A program made the translations under genes and the position numbers. This document shows, piece by piece, positions 40,504 through 53,188 of a stretch of DNA of 64,000 nt. Source of the stretch: the human T2T-CHM13v2.0 reference genome, Homo sapiens. How positions within the stretch are numbered: position 1 is the stretch's first letter; the number at the start of each line of letters is the position of its first letter. Location: positions 23,072,001 through 23,136,000 of the forward strand of contig CP068257.2 of the NCBI GenBank assembly GCA_009914755.4, read 5' to 3'. The notes beneath the pieces were generated by a model. The model saw only the letters and a list, made by a program, of their open reading frames with translations. It searched no databases and had not been told where the DNA came from.

Positions 40504-43500
40504 TATGTATGTTTGTTGTCTTAGTAGTTGCTTCATGATTTATAATATATATCTTTAACTTTTTACAATCTACATCCAATAATATTATACCGTTTATGTG
40601 TAGTGAAAGAACCTTACAAAGATATGTTTTTATTTAAAATCCCCTGACCTTTGTACTGTTGTTCCCATGTACTGTGTGTCTATATGGTCCACAATACAAT
40701 TATTTTTAAATAGCTATTACCTTCAAGCATATTTAAATAAGAAAATTATTTTACATTTAACTCTGTAATTATCATTTATGCTTTTTGATTTTCTTTATTT
40801 TCTTGTGTGGATCCAGATTTCTCTCCAGTATTTCTTGCCTCCATTTCAAACACTTCCTTCTACTGGCTATAAATTCTGTCAATAACCCTTTGTTGAAAAT
40901 GTCCTTATTTCATCTATATTTTAAAATACATTTCTACTAGGTAAAGAATTCTAGGTGAACAGTTATTGTCTTCAGTACTTTAAACTTTTTGTTTCATTAT
41001 CTGAAGATGCTCATATTGCATATGATAACAAATGGTTTTTTAAAAAAATTTACTTTGTGTATAATATGTATGTTTTTCTGGCTGCTTTTAAGATTTTCTT
41101 AAATATTTTGTAAAGATGTTTAAGGTTTTAAAAAGATTTTCTTAAAATGAACGACAAACACATTTTAAGCACTTTGGGTACGATAGACTTTGGTCAAATT
41201 TTGTTCATTTTGTTGTACTTCAGTTTCTTAACCTTCCTTGATTTTGGAGTTTAGTGTTTCTTCCACTTGGACAAATTTTGACTATTATTTCTTCAATTTT
41301 CTGTGTGTTTGGTCCTGTTTCTCTCCCTCTCCCTTGAGAGCTTCAATTACATATAAATCAGGCCAATAACCTGAAGTTACTCCATATCTCACTGATGCTT
41401 TTCACCTTATTCCAGTCTTTTTCTCTTTGATTTTTACCATAGATTCTATTTATTTTCAGATTAATTAATGCTTCCTCCTTCAATGTTTACGCATTTGTTT
41501 TTCCAGATAAGTGCATTTTTTACCTCAGATATTAAAGCTTTTATTTATAAATGTGTGATTTGGGACTTTTTAAATATCCGTGTCTTTAGTTACCATGAGC
41601 AGTCTTTTTGCTGGCTTCTGGGAGATATAATAATAACTATTTTAATAATTTTGCTGTTAATATCTTCATCTTTTCTGGGTCATAATTTATTGATTTTTTT
41701 CAGTATTATGAATTACCTTTTCCTTCTTCTTTACCTTACTGGTAAATCTCAACTGAATGACATATATTAAGAATTGGCATTTTCGGGGTCCTGGATACTT
41801 TGTATTCCTATAAAAAATATTTAGCTTTGCTCCAGTATGTAATTAAGAAATATGATGTATTACTCACCATATTAGTTTTTAAGTTTGTTAAGGACCAGAA
41901 TAACATTTATTCCACAGTCAATTTGAATAATTATCATATTGTAAGAATATCAAAAAAACTTCAATATATTCTGTATCATGGCTCATGAATTACAGGTTCA
42001 GCATCCCAAATCTAAAACAATCTGAAATCAGAGACATTTTTGGTCCTAAGCATTTAGACTAAGGGATATTCAAACTGTATCAGGTCTCCTCTCTAACTTG
42101 TAAGAATAGGCACTATGCCGTATATTGACTACATTTACTTTTGCCTGTAATTTTTTTGGGCAGTTCTTTCCATAATTTTCTCTCTATAAAGTACTCTACT
42201 CTCTGGTGGTCTGCCCTAGGAACTCTAACTGCCTTGGTCTCTCCAGATTCCCAACTCAGTTCCAGCTCAACTCAGTGATCCTTTGCTTGACCTGGATTGC
42301 TACTCCTTATGTTGCAGCCTGGAAATTTTCTCTAACCAGTAACTAAACTGGGCTTTGCTGATGGAAAATCTAGGACATTCACTCTCAGAGATCATTTACT
42401 CTTAAAAACTTTTATTGACTCAGGATCAAGTAGAACCAAGTCTCACTTAAGATTTGACAGAGCTATCACTGTACAAAGAAATTTTTAATAAAATGTATTT
42501 TCAAAATGAATTATTGAAACTAAATGAAAGTGACAGGCTCCAGAAAAAACAAGAAAAATATGTTATTCTGAAAGCAAATGTAGCTTTTAATAGAAAACAT
42601 CCAAAGATAAATTAGGATTATTCATTTAGTCAAAGAACTGCTAGGGCAATTTTAATGGCTGTTTAATCTATTAATGGCACTAAAACAGACTCTTGATAAT
42701 CATTAAATCAAGGTAGTCTCAATTAAACTATAAGGATGTAGAACTAAAAAAAGGTAATATGATTTGTGCAAGGTGATATGATTTGATGCAAGAGTACTTA
42801 ATTCTGTTTATTAATTCTGGGATCTGGTCTCTATAACCATATTACATAAATTACATAAATAAATGATGTTAGTGAAGACATACTTAAAAATAATCACTAG
42901 AAAATATATTATATAGATGGTTACTCAATTTATTCATATGTAGGAACTTTTATTGTATCACTGCAAACTTTTTGGGCCATTTAGAACTGAATTGCCCCTC
43001 AAGTCCCATATTTGAAAACTGATCTGACAAAAGAATTATCTAAAAACTGGAAGTAAACGCTGAGCCTACTAATTTATGCCAGCTTCAATTCTCAAAATAT
43101 GCTATGTTCTTATTGCTAAGTCTAAGTGAGAACAGGTGTATTTAATTTGTATTTATTTCAGAACAGACGGCAATGTAATTTGTCATGCAAAATATCTATT
43201 ATAGTGTCATTGTGTTATATGGCTGTTATATAGACTTTGTGATCTGGACTAGCTAATGACAGTAGAAAGATTTAGCTAAAGATATAGTCATATACATGAT
43301 ATGTTTCTAAAGGAACTTGACTGAGAAGTGACCTCTTTCCTTTATTATTAGAATTTATTGACATTTTTTCATGCCACATTCAGCAATTTCATTTGTTTAA
43401 ATGCAAGCTATATTCATACACTTTATTCCATTTTTTAATAATTTGAAAAATATTGTTATGAATTTCAAAAGTTGCTCATAATTTTTATAAATTACTATCA

Positions 43501-45959
43501 TATAGCAGTCTATTCTTAAACAATAGACATAGAATTCTGTATGGACACAAATACTATTTTTCTACTTATTAGGTGTTATTTCTACTTCATATGCTAACAT
43601 TCTGAAAAACAGTAAATGACCTCTTGATACATTAAACTTTTTTTAACATCAAAGATTTTCCAATAAACTTTGTGCCTCTTAAAGGAATAATTTCAACATG
43701 CTAACTAATTTTCATAATTGTAAGCTGTCCAAGATAGCAGAAAGTGCCTGTTAGATTCTCAGAATATATCCTTTGTAGTCTCTGCCATTTATTTGTTATT
43801 TGACTTGAGGCTCTTTGAATTGATCAAACTGTATCTAGTTGTTCACAAAAGGCAGTTGGAATTGCATTAACTGTGACAACTCTCTGAAAGGGTGGTTTCT
43901 AGAATAAAATTATGTAGAATGGATAAAGATGTATTGAAAGTCACAAAATTTTTTCAAATTAACACTGACTGAGAAAAATGAAGTGTCATTGTTACTTGCA
44001 GAGGTTAGTGTATTGAAACTGGAGAGAAGAAAAATGAAAGCAATTGTCATATCACAAAGAGAATTTTGATTCTGATCATTTTATGTTATCTGGTCAAATT
44101 TGGGTATTTCAAAAGAAAAACTCTCTACAGTGTCTTAATTATGTTATAAAGTGTACAGAGCAGCTCAGCTTGTTCCCACATTAGTTTCTATTTATGGTGC
44201 ATTACAGAATTCTGCCATATTATGTTGAAGACTCAAAAAGAGCATTGATAACACATCACTTAAATGTGACACCTTAATATTGCCTTCTTATTGCTAAAAG
44301 TGCTCATAAAAATTTGATGAGATTAAATTGGTACCTTTTTACTTACTTTGGCTATTAAATTCAATTGATATTTGATCTTTTTATAGAAAGAAAGGAGGCA
44401 AAGTATAACTTTCAATGGTTTCCCCCCACCCCCCGAGGACTAATAACACTTGGAAGAAAGATTCAACACAACTAAACAAATTGGATGCAGCAAGAAAATC
44501 TCTTTCCTTGCCTTAATATCAAACACTACTCCAGGTGCAGCAAAAGCTTAAGTGTAGTAGGTTTAGCCCTGTAGCTCCACTTCCACTCAGAAGTTTTAGA
44601 GAAAAATTATAACTGGATGACACAGTACTCATTTTCCTTCTTATTCCCTTCTTTCAAAATGTACAGCTTACTTCATCACAGCCTCATCATTAGAGCATTT
44701 CCTTATGCATTACCTGTAGTCATCTCCTTGGTACTATTCAAAAGATGAACAGTTTACTTATCTCTCCCTTATAAGATCTAGTTATTCACTGAGAAATGTT
44801 CCTTAAAAATACTTACAGGATGAATGAGAACAAGTTATGTGAAAATACATAAGTTTCATTTAACCTCAACATCAAAGGGTATGTTGAAATCAAAGAAATT
44901 TTAAACGCCAAATAGTTATTATAAAATACATGTTTGAAAGCCCCTTGAGAACTTCATAAAATCAAGAAAGAGGAAATGGATGAGTCCTTAGCAACTCACA
45001 GAGCCAGTTTCACAACCTCCTGGCCTTGTGGCTTAGCTATACGAAATAGATGAAAAATAGAAAGCTTTTATTCATCACTCATGTTGTTCTCCAACTAAAG
45101 TCCTTTAAACAGAGAGGAAATGCAAATCCAAGTTGCCTTCTGTAAAAAAAAAAAGTCTGCAAACTGACATTTCAATGTCTTTATACATTGACCTCTAAAA
45201 CAGTATAAAGTAATAAAAACTGTTGGGTGAAGGATAAAGACAAGCAATAGCTTTATAACATATTCATAAAAGATGCCACAATACTGCCATCTACAGCTTC
45301 AGTATTTGCCATTTTTAGATATTACAATGCATGTTTCGTATTTTAAAATAAGAAGAACATGTGACTTGAGTTGTGTGAACATGTGATATGAGTTGAGGGT
45401 CATGTTGGGTGAACTGCTGTTAATAAAAGTATAAGTGGATTTCAGGATGGAGATGAAATGTTAACAATGAACAAATCAATTTATAATTATTTACATACAA
45501 CTGTAATTGAGGTTATTTATAATGTTTAAAATTAGTATGAAATTTACACCACCATTCTACATATTTCAGTTTTGATAATGGTCTGCTTGAAGAAAAGGAA
45601 AGAGAAAAAAGGAGACTCCAAAATCTTTTTCTTGTCAAAGAGACACACCAAGAAGATTGTCACTGCTCCTGTTTCTTTCCAAAGTCATTGATTGCCCTTG
45701 ACCTTAATACAGCCTCACATTAAGATCTATGGAGATGAACAGACTGTATTAGAAACTAATCTACTTTCAGAATTCTAGTGTCTTCTCAGACCCTGTATTG
45801 AAGATCTGGGATCAAACCTCACCACCATTTTCAGCTCCTGAAATACAAGGGTAAAAGACCTCGGTGAGAAATCATGCAAGCAGCCTTTCAATTCTAAATT
45901 AAACACCCTTTTTTGTTTGCTTTGTTTAACGGACGTGATAGAATAAATTTTCTGGTTAA

Positions 45960-46291
<332 letters not shown>

Positions 46292-46528
46292 AAAAATAGA
46301 CTTTATTTCTTAGAGCAGCTTTTCTATCCAAAGGTAAATGCTATTTTGCTATTTTATTCTTGTTTTGTTTTTAGTGAGAGTGCATATTGTACCACTCTTG
46401 CTTTGTTTTATTTGGCTGAATCTAAGGGGCAGATTGGCCTATACTACCCTTTGACTGTGCTGATTCTGTCTAGTAGGACAGGATAACAATGACTTGCTAC
46501 TATACAGAGAACTCACTAAGGAGAATTC

Positions 46529-47112
46529 TTTTAACTTGTATTTTAAGTTCAGGGCTACAAATGCAGGTTTGTTCCATAGGTAAACTTGTGTCATGGGGGT
46601 TCGTTGTACAAATTATTTCATCACACAGGTATCAAGCCTAGTAACTATTAATTATTTTTCCTGATCTTCTTTCTCCTCCCACCCTCCAATCTCCAAAAGA
46701 CTCCAGTGTGTGTCGCTCCCTTCTGTGTGTCCATGTGTTCTCATCATTTAGCTCCCACTGATAAGTGAGAGAATATGCGATATTTGGTTTTCTTTTCCCG
46801 TGTTAGTTTGTTAAGGATAATGGCCTCCAGCTCCATCCATGTCCTTTCAAAGAACATGATCTTGTTCTTTTTTATGGCTGTATAGTATGCTATGGTATAT
46901 ATACACCACATTTTCTTTATCCAGTCTATTATTGATGGGCATTTAGGTTGATCCTTGTCTTTGCTATTTTGAATAGTGCTGCAATGAACACATGTGTGCA
47001 AGTGTCTTTATAATAGAATGATTTATATTTCTTTGGGTATATACCAAGTAATGGCATTTCTGGGTCAAATGGGATTTCTGTCTTTAGGTCTTTGAGGGAT
47101 CGCCACACTGTC
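46529..47112 (-). mobile_element. direct 3' segment of an older L1 inserted on the minus strand (3'UTR and ORF2 C-terminus, antisense on +)
   Basis: 'ttttaacttgtattttaagttcagggctacaaatgcaggtttgttccataggtaaacttgtgtcatgggggttcgttgtacaaattatttcatcacacaggtatcaagcctagtaac...'. The 85-aa ORF at 46744-47001(-) reads 'QPKCPSIIDWIKKMWCIYTIAYYTAIKKNKIMFFERTWMELEAIILNKLTREKKTKYRIFSHL', which is the ORF2p C-terminus. The segment ends '...tgggtcaaatgggatttctgtctttaggtctttgagggatcgccacactgtcttcc', which is the reverse complement of 'ggaagacagtgtggcgatccctcaaagacc...'. Confidence 0.85.
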
Positions 47113-47279
47113 TTCCAGGATTACCCAGCATCTATAAGGAGCTTAAACAAATTTACAAGAAAAAACACACACATTAAAAAAAGTGGGCAAAGGATGTGAA
47201 CAGACAATTCTCAAAAGAAGCCATACATACGGCCAACAATCATGCGAAAAAAAAGCTACATCACCGATCATTAGAGAAA
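47113..47279 (+). mobile_element. inverted segment of the same L1 (ORF2 '[17 protein letters not shown]...SLIIREMQ' region, sense on +); twin-priming architecture on the minus strand
   Basis: 'aggattacccagcatctataaggagcttaaacaaatttacaagaaaaaacacacacattaaaaaaagtgggcaaaggatgtgaacagacaattctcaaaagaagccatacatacggccaacaatcatgcgaaaaaaaagctacatcaccgatcattagagaaa' lies ~140 bp upstream, in L1 coordinates, of where the adjacent segment starts. Candidate TSD: 'aaggagaattc' at 46518-46528 and 'aaggagaactt' at ~47279-47289. Confidence 0.75.
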
Positions 47280-48136
47280 AGGAGAACTTTTGCATATGCC
47301 TCACTCTATTGAAATCTCGTAATGTGGTTAATATTTTGTTTGTTTTTCATTAAAATTTCTATTGCTCTGGTGTTGCTGAATTTGGATAAATAACTTAGAC
47401 ACATCAAAGAGATTAGTCTGACAATTTTTATGTTAAGAATTATGGAATGTATTGATGGTTGATTGTCCATGTATTTCTGATCAAATAGTCAGAACACCTA
47501 AAAGACAGGCAAAGTTTCAGTATAGAAAACCAGGAAAACTGATCAATGATGAAAACAATATGGCAAAGCAATAACCATAGAAATAGACCCACTGAATGTT
47601 TCTCCCTGTCAGAAATCAGTGTTTCAATAAGCACAGGGCAGCCATTACTCTCCTTTGAAGAATCAGGCTCAGCTACTTCATCCCTTCCCTACTTCTCCAT
47701 TCCCCGCTCAGAGAGGGTAACATGCCTCTGAAATGGTTAAGATTAAGCAAGGCAATATGCCCTTAGGAACAAATAAGCAGAAGCAAATTGCCACACACTT
47801 TGTGGCTTAAAGCAGCAAAAATAACAAATACACATTTCATTGTAGTTCTGGAGGTCAGAAATTCAAAGCAGGTCTCACTGAGCCAAAATCAAGGTGTTAG
47901 GAGGCATGGGTTCTTTTTGGAGGCTCTAGCAGAGAATCTAGAGTTTCCTAGACTTTTCCACTTTCTAGAGGCCACCAGCATTCACTGGCTCCTGGTGTAT
48001 TCCTTCCTCAATTCAAAATGTATCACTCCACTTTGCTTCCTTTGTCATATCTCTTTTCTCTAATCTTTATATTTTTGCCTCCATCTTATAAGGAATTTTA
48101 TGATTACTTTGGGCCAATCTGGGAAATCTAGGATAA

Positions 48137-48391
48137 AATCTGGAGCACACTGGTTTGATCATGGCTCACTGTAGCCTCAAACTCCTAGGCTCAAGCAATC
48201 TTCCTGCCTCAGCCACTGAGTAGCTAGGACTATGGGCATGCACCCCCTTCACCTACCTAATTTTGTGTGTTTTGTAGAGATGGGATCTCCCTATGTCACC
48301 CAGGCTGGTCTGAACTCCTGGCCTCAAGCAATCCTCCTGCCTCAGCCTCTCAAATTATTGGGATTACAGGCATGAACCATTGCACCCAGCC
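48137..48391 (-). mobile_element. older Alu (AluJ/S-like), antisense, lacking the T-tail end
   Basis: 'ctggagcacactggtttgatcatggctcactgtagcctcaaactcctaggctcaagcaatcttcctgcctcagccactgagtagctaggactatgggcatgcaccc...gagatgggatctccctatgtcacccaggctggtctgaactcctggcctcaagcaatcctcctgcctcagcctctcaaattattgggattacaggcatgaaccattgcacccagcc'. Confidence 0.85.
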
Positions 48392-49103
48392 TCAAGATAT
48401 TTAATTTAGTCATCTGTAAAGTTCCTTTTCCATATAAGGTAACATATTTACAGATTCTGGGGATTGGGACATAGATATTTTTGAAGGAGTGAGTGGGGCA
48501 GTGCTGTTAGAAATATTCAGTTTGCCACAAATGCTAGTCACATGCAAGGGACGTAGCTTCCAGTGACAGTTTTGCAACACTTAATAGTCTCGGACACAGT
48601 GAACATTAAAAACTCTATTTTTCCTTCACTATCACAATTCTGCAATAACTTCCAATACATAGGAAAGGTGCCAAAATAATTATTATGGAATAAAATATCT
48701 TCTGTGAACTCACAATGACTGAAATTTACCATTTTAGGTTATTCTCTTCTGCTTTCCTTGTTTTATTCACAAAAGCATTTATTTTTCCAGTTCTTGAAAA
48801 GTGCCAAGTTCTTTCCCTTCTTGGTGCCTTCACATATAATTAATTTTCTGCACCGCCGAAGTCTTATAGCCGAATCCACTTTTTAATAGAATATTTAATG
48901 CCTTATGGTCTTCAAGCTTTTGTGTGTGTCTGACTTTGCATCATCACTATAAGGTGGACAAGGGAAATATCCTGAACACTGAGTTAATTGCTGTTCCTCT
49001 AAAAACAAATAAATAAATACAAACAAAAAAAGCTGTTTTGTAGTAAATTGTGAATTTGTTTTAAATTTTCAAAATGTGTAAATTCATGATTAATGTAAAA
49101 CTA

Positions 49104-49425
49104 GCCAGGCGCGGTAGCTCACGCCCATAAATCCCAGCAGTCTGGGAGGCTGAGGCATGCGGATCACCTGAGGTCAGGAGTTAGAGACCAGCCTGACCAA
49201 CATGGAGAAACCTTGTCTCTACTAAAAAATACAAAATCAGCTGGTCGTGGTGGCGTACACCTGTAATCCCAGCTACTCGGGAGGCTGAGGCAGGAGAATC
49301 GCTTGAACCCAGGAGGCGGAGGTTGCAGTAAGCCAAGATTGTGCATTGCATTCCAGCTTTGGCAAAAAGAGTGAAACTCTGTCTCAAAACAAATTAATAA
49401 ATAAAAATAAAAAAATTAAAACATC
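49104..49425 (+). mobile_element. Alu SINE with A-rich tail
   Basis: 'agccaggcgcggtagctcacgcccataaatcccagcagtctgggaggctgaggcatgcggatcacctgaggtcaggagttagagaccagcctgaccaacatggagaaaccttgtctctactaaaaaatacaaaatcagctggtcgtggtggcgtacacctgtaatcccagctactcgggaggctgaggcaggagaatcgcttgaacccaggaggcggaggttgcagtaagccaagattgtgcattgcattccagc'. The 60- and 68-aa ORFs are Alu-derived. Confidence 0.9.
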
Positions 49426-50984
49426 CAAACAATGCGAATATATTTAAATAAAAAGTGTAATATCAACATCAGCCCCTCCAATCCTAACCTCTCTCCAAAG
49501 GTTTACACTTTGTAGCTCAAAGCAGGAGTCACCCAGGTATCTCACTTTTTCAGTGGGATTTTACATTGTCTCTGCAATGCTAGGATTGCAGCTCCTGGTT
49601 GTCAAAGGGAGAATTCACCAGGAACATGGCAAGGGTTTCAATGAACTCCAAACTATAAATGTTTGCAAAACACTGTAGAATTCTTGTAGCTGGGAAGTAG
49701 CCAGCTTGAATAGAAATTGCCGTTCATTGAGGGATAGTTGACTCTGGTCAACAGGTGGTAGTTGGTTTGCTTTTACAAAAATGAGAGCAGAGAGAAATAT
49801 GTATGGAGCCATGTCACTATTGGTCCCTCCTAGCTCTTCACTGATCCATTATAATGGTGAATGGATATGAGCAGCAACCCTTCCTGAAAGGAACACGGCT
49901 TCCATTGACTCAATAATGATGGCTGGTGTCACACTAATGAATAGTTCACTAAAAACTACCAAAGTGAAAGCAAAGGGCAAGAATAATTTAGAATGAATAG
50001 TATAGGAGAGAGAGAGAATGAGTACCAGTTGCAAGCTGGAGACCGTCTGCAGAGATGGAGCCTATATTTCATTCTATTAATCTCCCTCTTCTAAATTTTC
50101 TTACAGGAAGAGAAGTCTCCAGCAGCCATGGAGGAGCTATTCTCTAACACTGCTTAGAAAGTGGATCTGTGTGGCCCAAGTGGTAGACTGTGCTCACCAG
50201 GAAAACAAGTACTCAGATCTACTGCTTCTGGGAAATCTGCATAATTGACCAATGGCCTCAGTGCTACCCCACTGTTATAAAATGCACAGGAGACAAGGAC
50301 TAGAAAGAGAAACCTTCAACATATATAAGACATGTTTTTCCTTCCAGACATTTGCCAGGTTATGAAGCCACATGTGGTTAAAATCTAATAAGCTAAACTC
50401 AAAATATGCAAAGGCTAGAACTTCCAGGAAGATGTAACAAAGATCTGCCAAGTCCAGTGAAGTTGATACCTCAGTGGTCGTGGGCTGGACCTGAAAGGCA
50501 GTGTGAAATATTGAGAGGCATAGTCCTCCTTAAAGCAGAACCCTGCAGCATGTATACCAAAGTCACATCTTCAAAGCTAATCGCTGTGACCTGTTATTGA
50601 AACAGACATTTTACTATGACATTGAGGTGACCTCTCATGCCTTTCACCTGTTAACACAGGAGTGGACAGATACTCACAGGAAATAAATAATGAACTCAGT
50701 AGAAAAAAAGACCTATGAACTGAAAGAGAATACAATAGAAATTATATTTAGTAAAGCACAAAGAGAAAAATGAGTAACAAGAAGAGAACTTTCTATATGA
50801 TGCATATGGAACACAGTCAAGTAAAGACTAAGCAGAGCATCATAACAGCCTATATGTGGAAACTTCTCTATTCATTTATTACATTACATTTGTTTGTATC
50901 CTTTAATTGTACCCTTACTTTTTATCCTGTCAGCTTTATTCTTTCTGGCCAGTATCATTTATGTAAAAATTGATAGGTAGGACT

Positions 50985-51297
50985 GGCTGGGCGCAGTGGC
51001 TCACGTCTGTAATGCCACCACTTTGGGAGGCCGAGGCAGGCGGATCACCTGAGGTCAGGAGTTTGAGACCAGCCTGGCCACATGGTGAAACCCTGTCTCT
51101 ACTAAAAATAAAAAAATAATAAAAATAAAAAAAATAGCTGAGCATGGTGGCGGGTGCCTGTAATCCCAGCTACTTGTGAGACTGAGACAGGAGAATCGCT
51201 TGAACCTGGGAGGCGGAGTCGCAGTGAGCCAAGATCATGCCACTGTTTTCCAGCCTGGGAGACAAGAGCAAAACTCCATCTCAAAAAAAAAAAAAAT
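50985..51297 (+). mobile_element. Alu SINE with 16-bp TSD (1 mismatch)
   Basis: 'ggctgggcgcagtggctcacgtctgtaatgccaccactttgggaggccgaggcaggcggatcacctgaggtcaggagtttgagaccagcctggcc...gcagtgagccaagatcatgccactgttttccagcctgggagacaagagcaaaactccatctcaaaaaaaaaaaaaa'. TSD 'attgataggtaggact' at 50969-50984 and 'attaataggtaggact' at 51296-51311. Confidence 0.92.
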
Positions 51298-52833
51298 TAA
51301 TAGGTAGGACTAACCAGATGTATTTCTATCAATATTATTTTTAATATTTTTCTTTTTAATCAAAATTTAAAAGTAAAAATATGCATAGGGAAAATGAGAC
51401 TAGTATTTATTTATTAGCTATTTAATTTCTACCAACTCTATTAAATCTTTTGGAATGTCTTAAAGTATAATTTATATTTTAGTTTGGATAAAGACATAGC
51501 TATATATTAACATGAATATGAAGTTATATATTGATTTATATTATATTTCCTATAAAATCACATAATACATAGTAAGAATGTATAAGATGATACAAGTCAA
51601 ATCATGGATGCTTGGAGATCTTGTGATGAAGCCTGTTCTTCCCTTGGTAGCTGGGCATGATGTGGCCCATCTTCATGCTAGGCCAGCATTCCCTTGCTTC
51701 TGTATACCTAATTTCTCCTTCTCAGATGCACTCCCAACAATGTATGCAGAAAGCTAAAAAAATGAATGAGTGTAGTTAATAAGATGCTATTGAAACTGAG
51801 CCCCAAATCTAGCTCTGAGCACAATGATAGCTAAAACTTAAGGAGAGGCAGATCAAATAGATTTCATCACCAAAGCACAGAAGCATATTTGTTCAACAAC
51901 AGAGCTTTGCATTTACAAAAGAGAAAAGAGCATGTTTGGGGTAATTTATTTTGAAATTGCTCTGTCAAAAGCTAATTTCATTTTGTTCCATGAGGCCAAT
52001 TTGGCTCATATGTTTGTGCTTTGATAAAGGCATAGGAATAATATTAAAATTGTTGCAACTCTACGGAGATTATAAAACTTTCTCAAGGCAAATTTCTTGT
52101 CTCTGGAAAGAAAGAATGGTGAATAATGAATGACGGAAATTTGAAAATGAATTCGTTCAACAAACACTTATTGAGTGAATGCTGTGTGCCCGATGCGTTA
52201 AGTCTAAATCATCTAGTGCTGCAGTGAGTGAGCCAGGGTGAGAAAACAATGAAAAGAGCAGACAGGTTGTTATTCAAAATGTCTTTTTTTTTCTCCATGC
52301 AATGTTTCAAATTTGGAGAGTCATAGTTTGTTATTGATCCATCAAATATTATGAACTATAAGACCCCAATATACAGTGGCTTAAAAATAGAGATATATTT
52401 ACCTCTCACCTAACATACCAGGGCATTTCCAGGTTTTATAGTAGCTTAATCATGTCAGGAAACCACACTTCTTTCATCTTCTACTCCTCTATCCCTATAG
52501 GCCTTTGCCTATCATGTGAAAAAGAGTGTTAACCAGTGGGAAAAATAAAAAAGAAAAAAGGGAAGAGTAATTCATATCATTTGAATTAAATAACCTAGAA
52601 TTTGCACACATCATTTCTGCTTCTATCCTTTTAACCAAAATAGGAAGTTACGGAACACCTACTGAAGGAGCTGGGCATAGAGTTTTGCTGGGTAGCCAGG
52701 CAGGTTATTCTTCCCACAAATGAAAAACACTCATTTTTAATGCAATAACACAGGGATCTGTGTTACAGGGTAACACGCAGATCTATTCATTCACTATCGC
52801 AAGGTAAATCCCACAATTTTTTTTTTTTGATAA

Positions 52834-53188
<355 letters not shown>

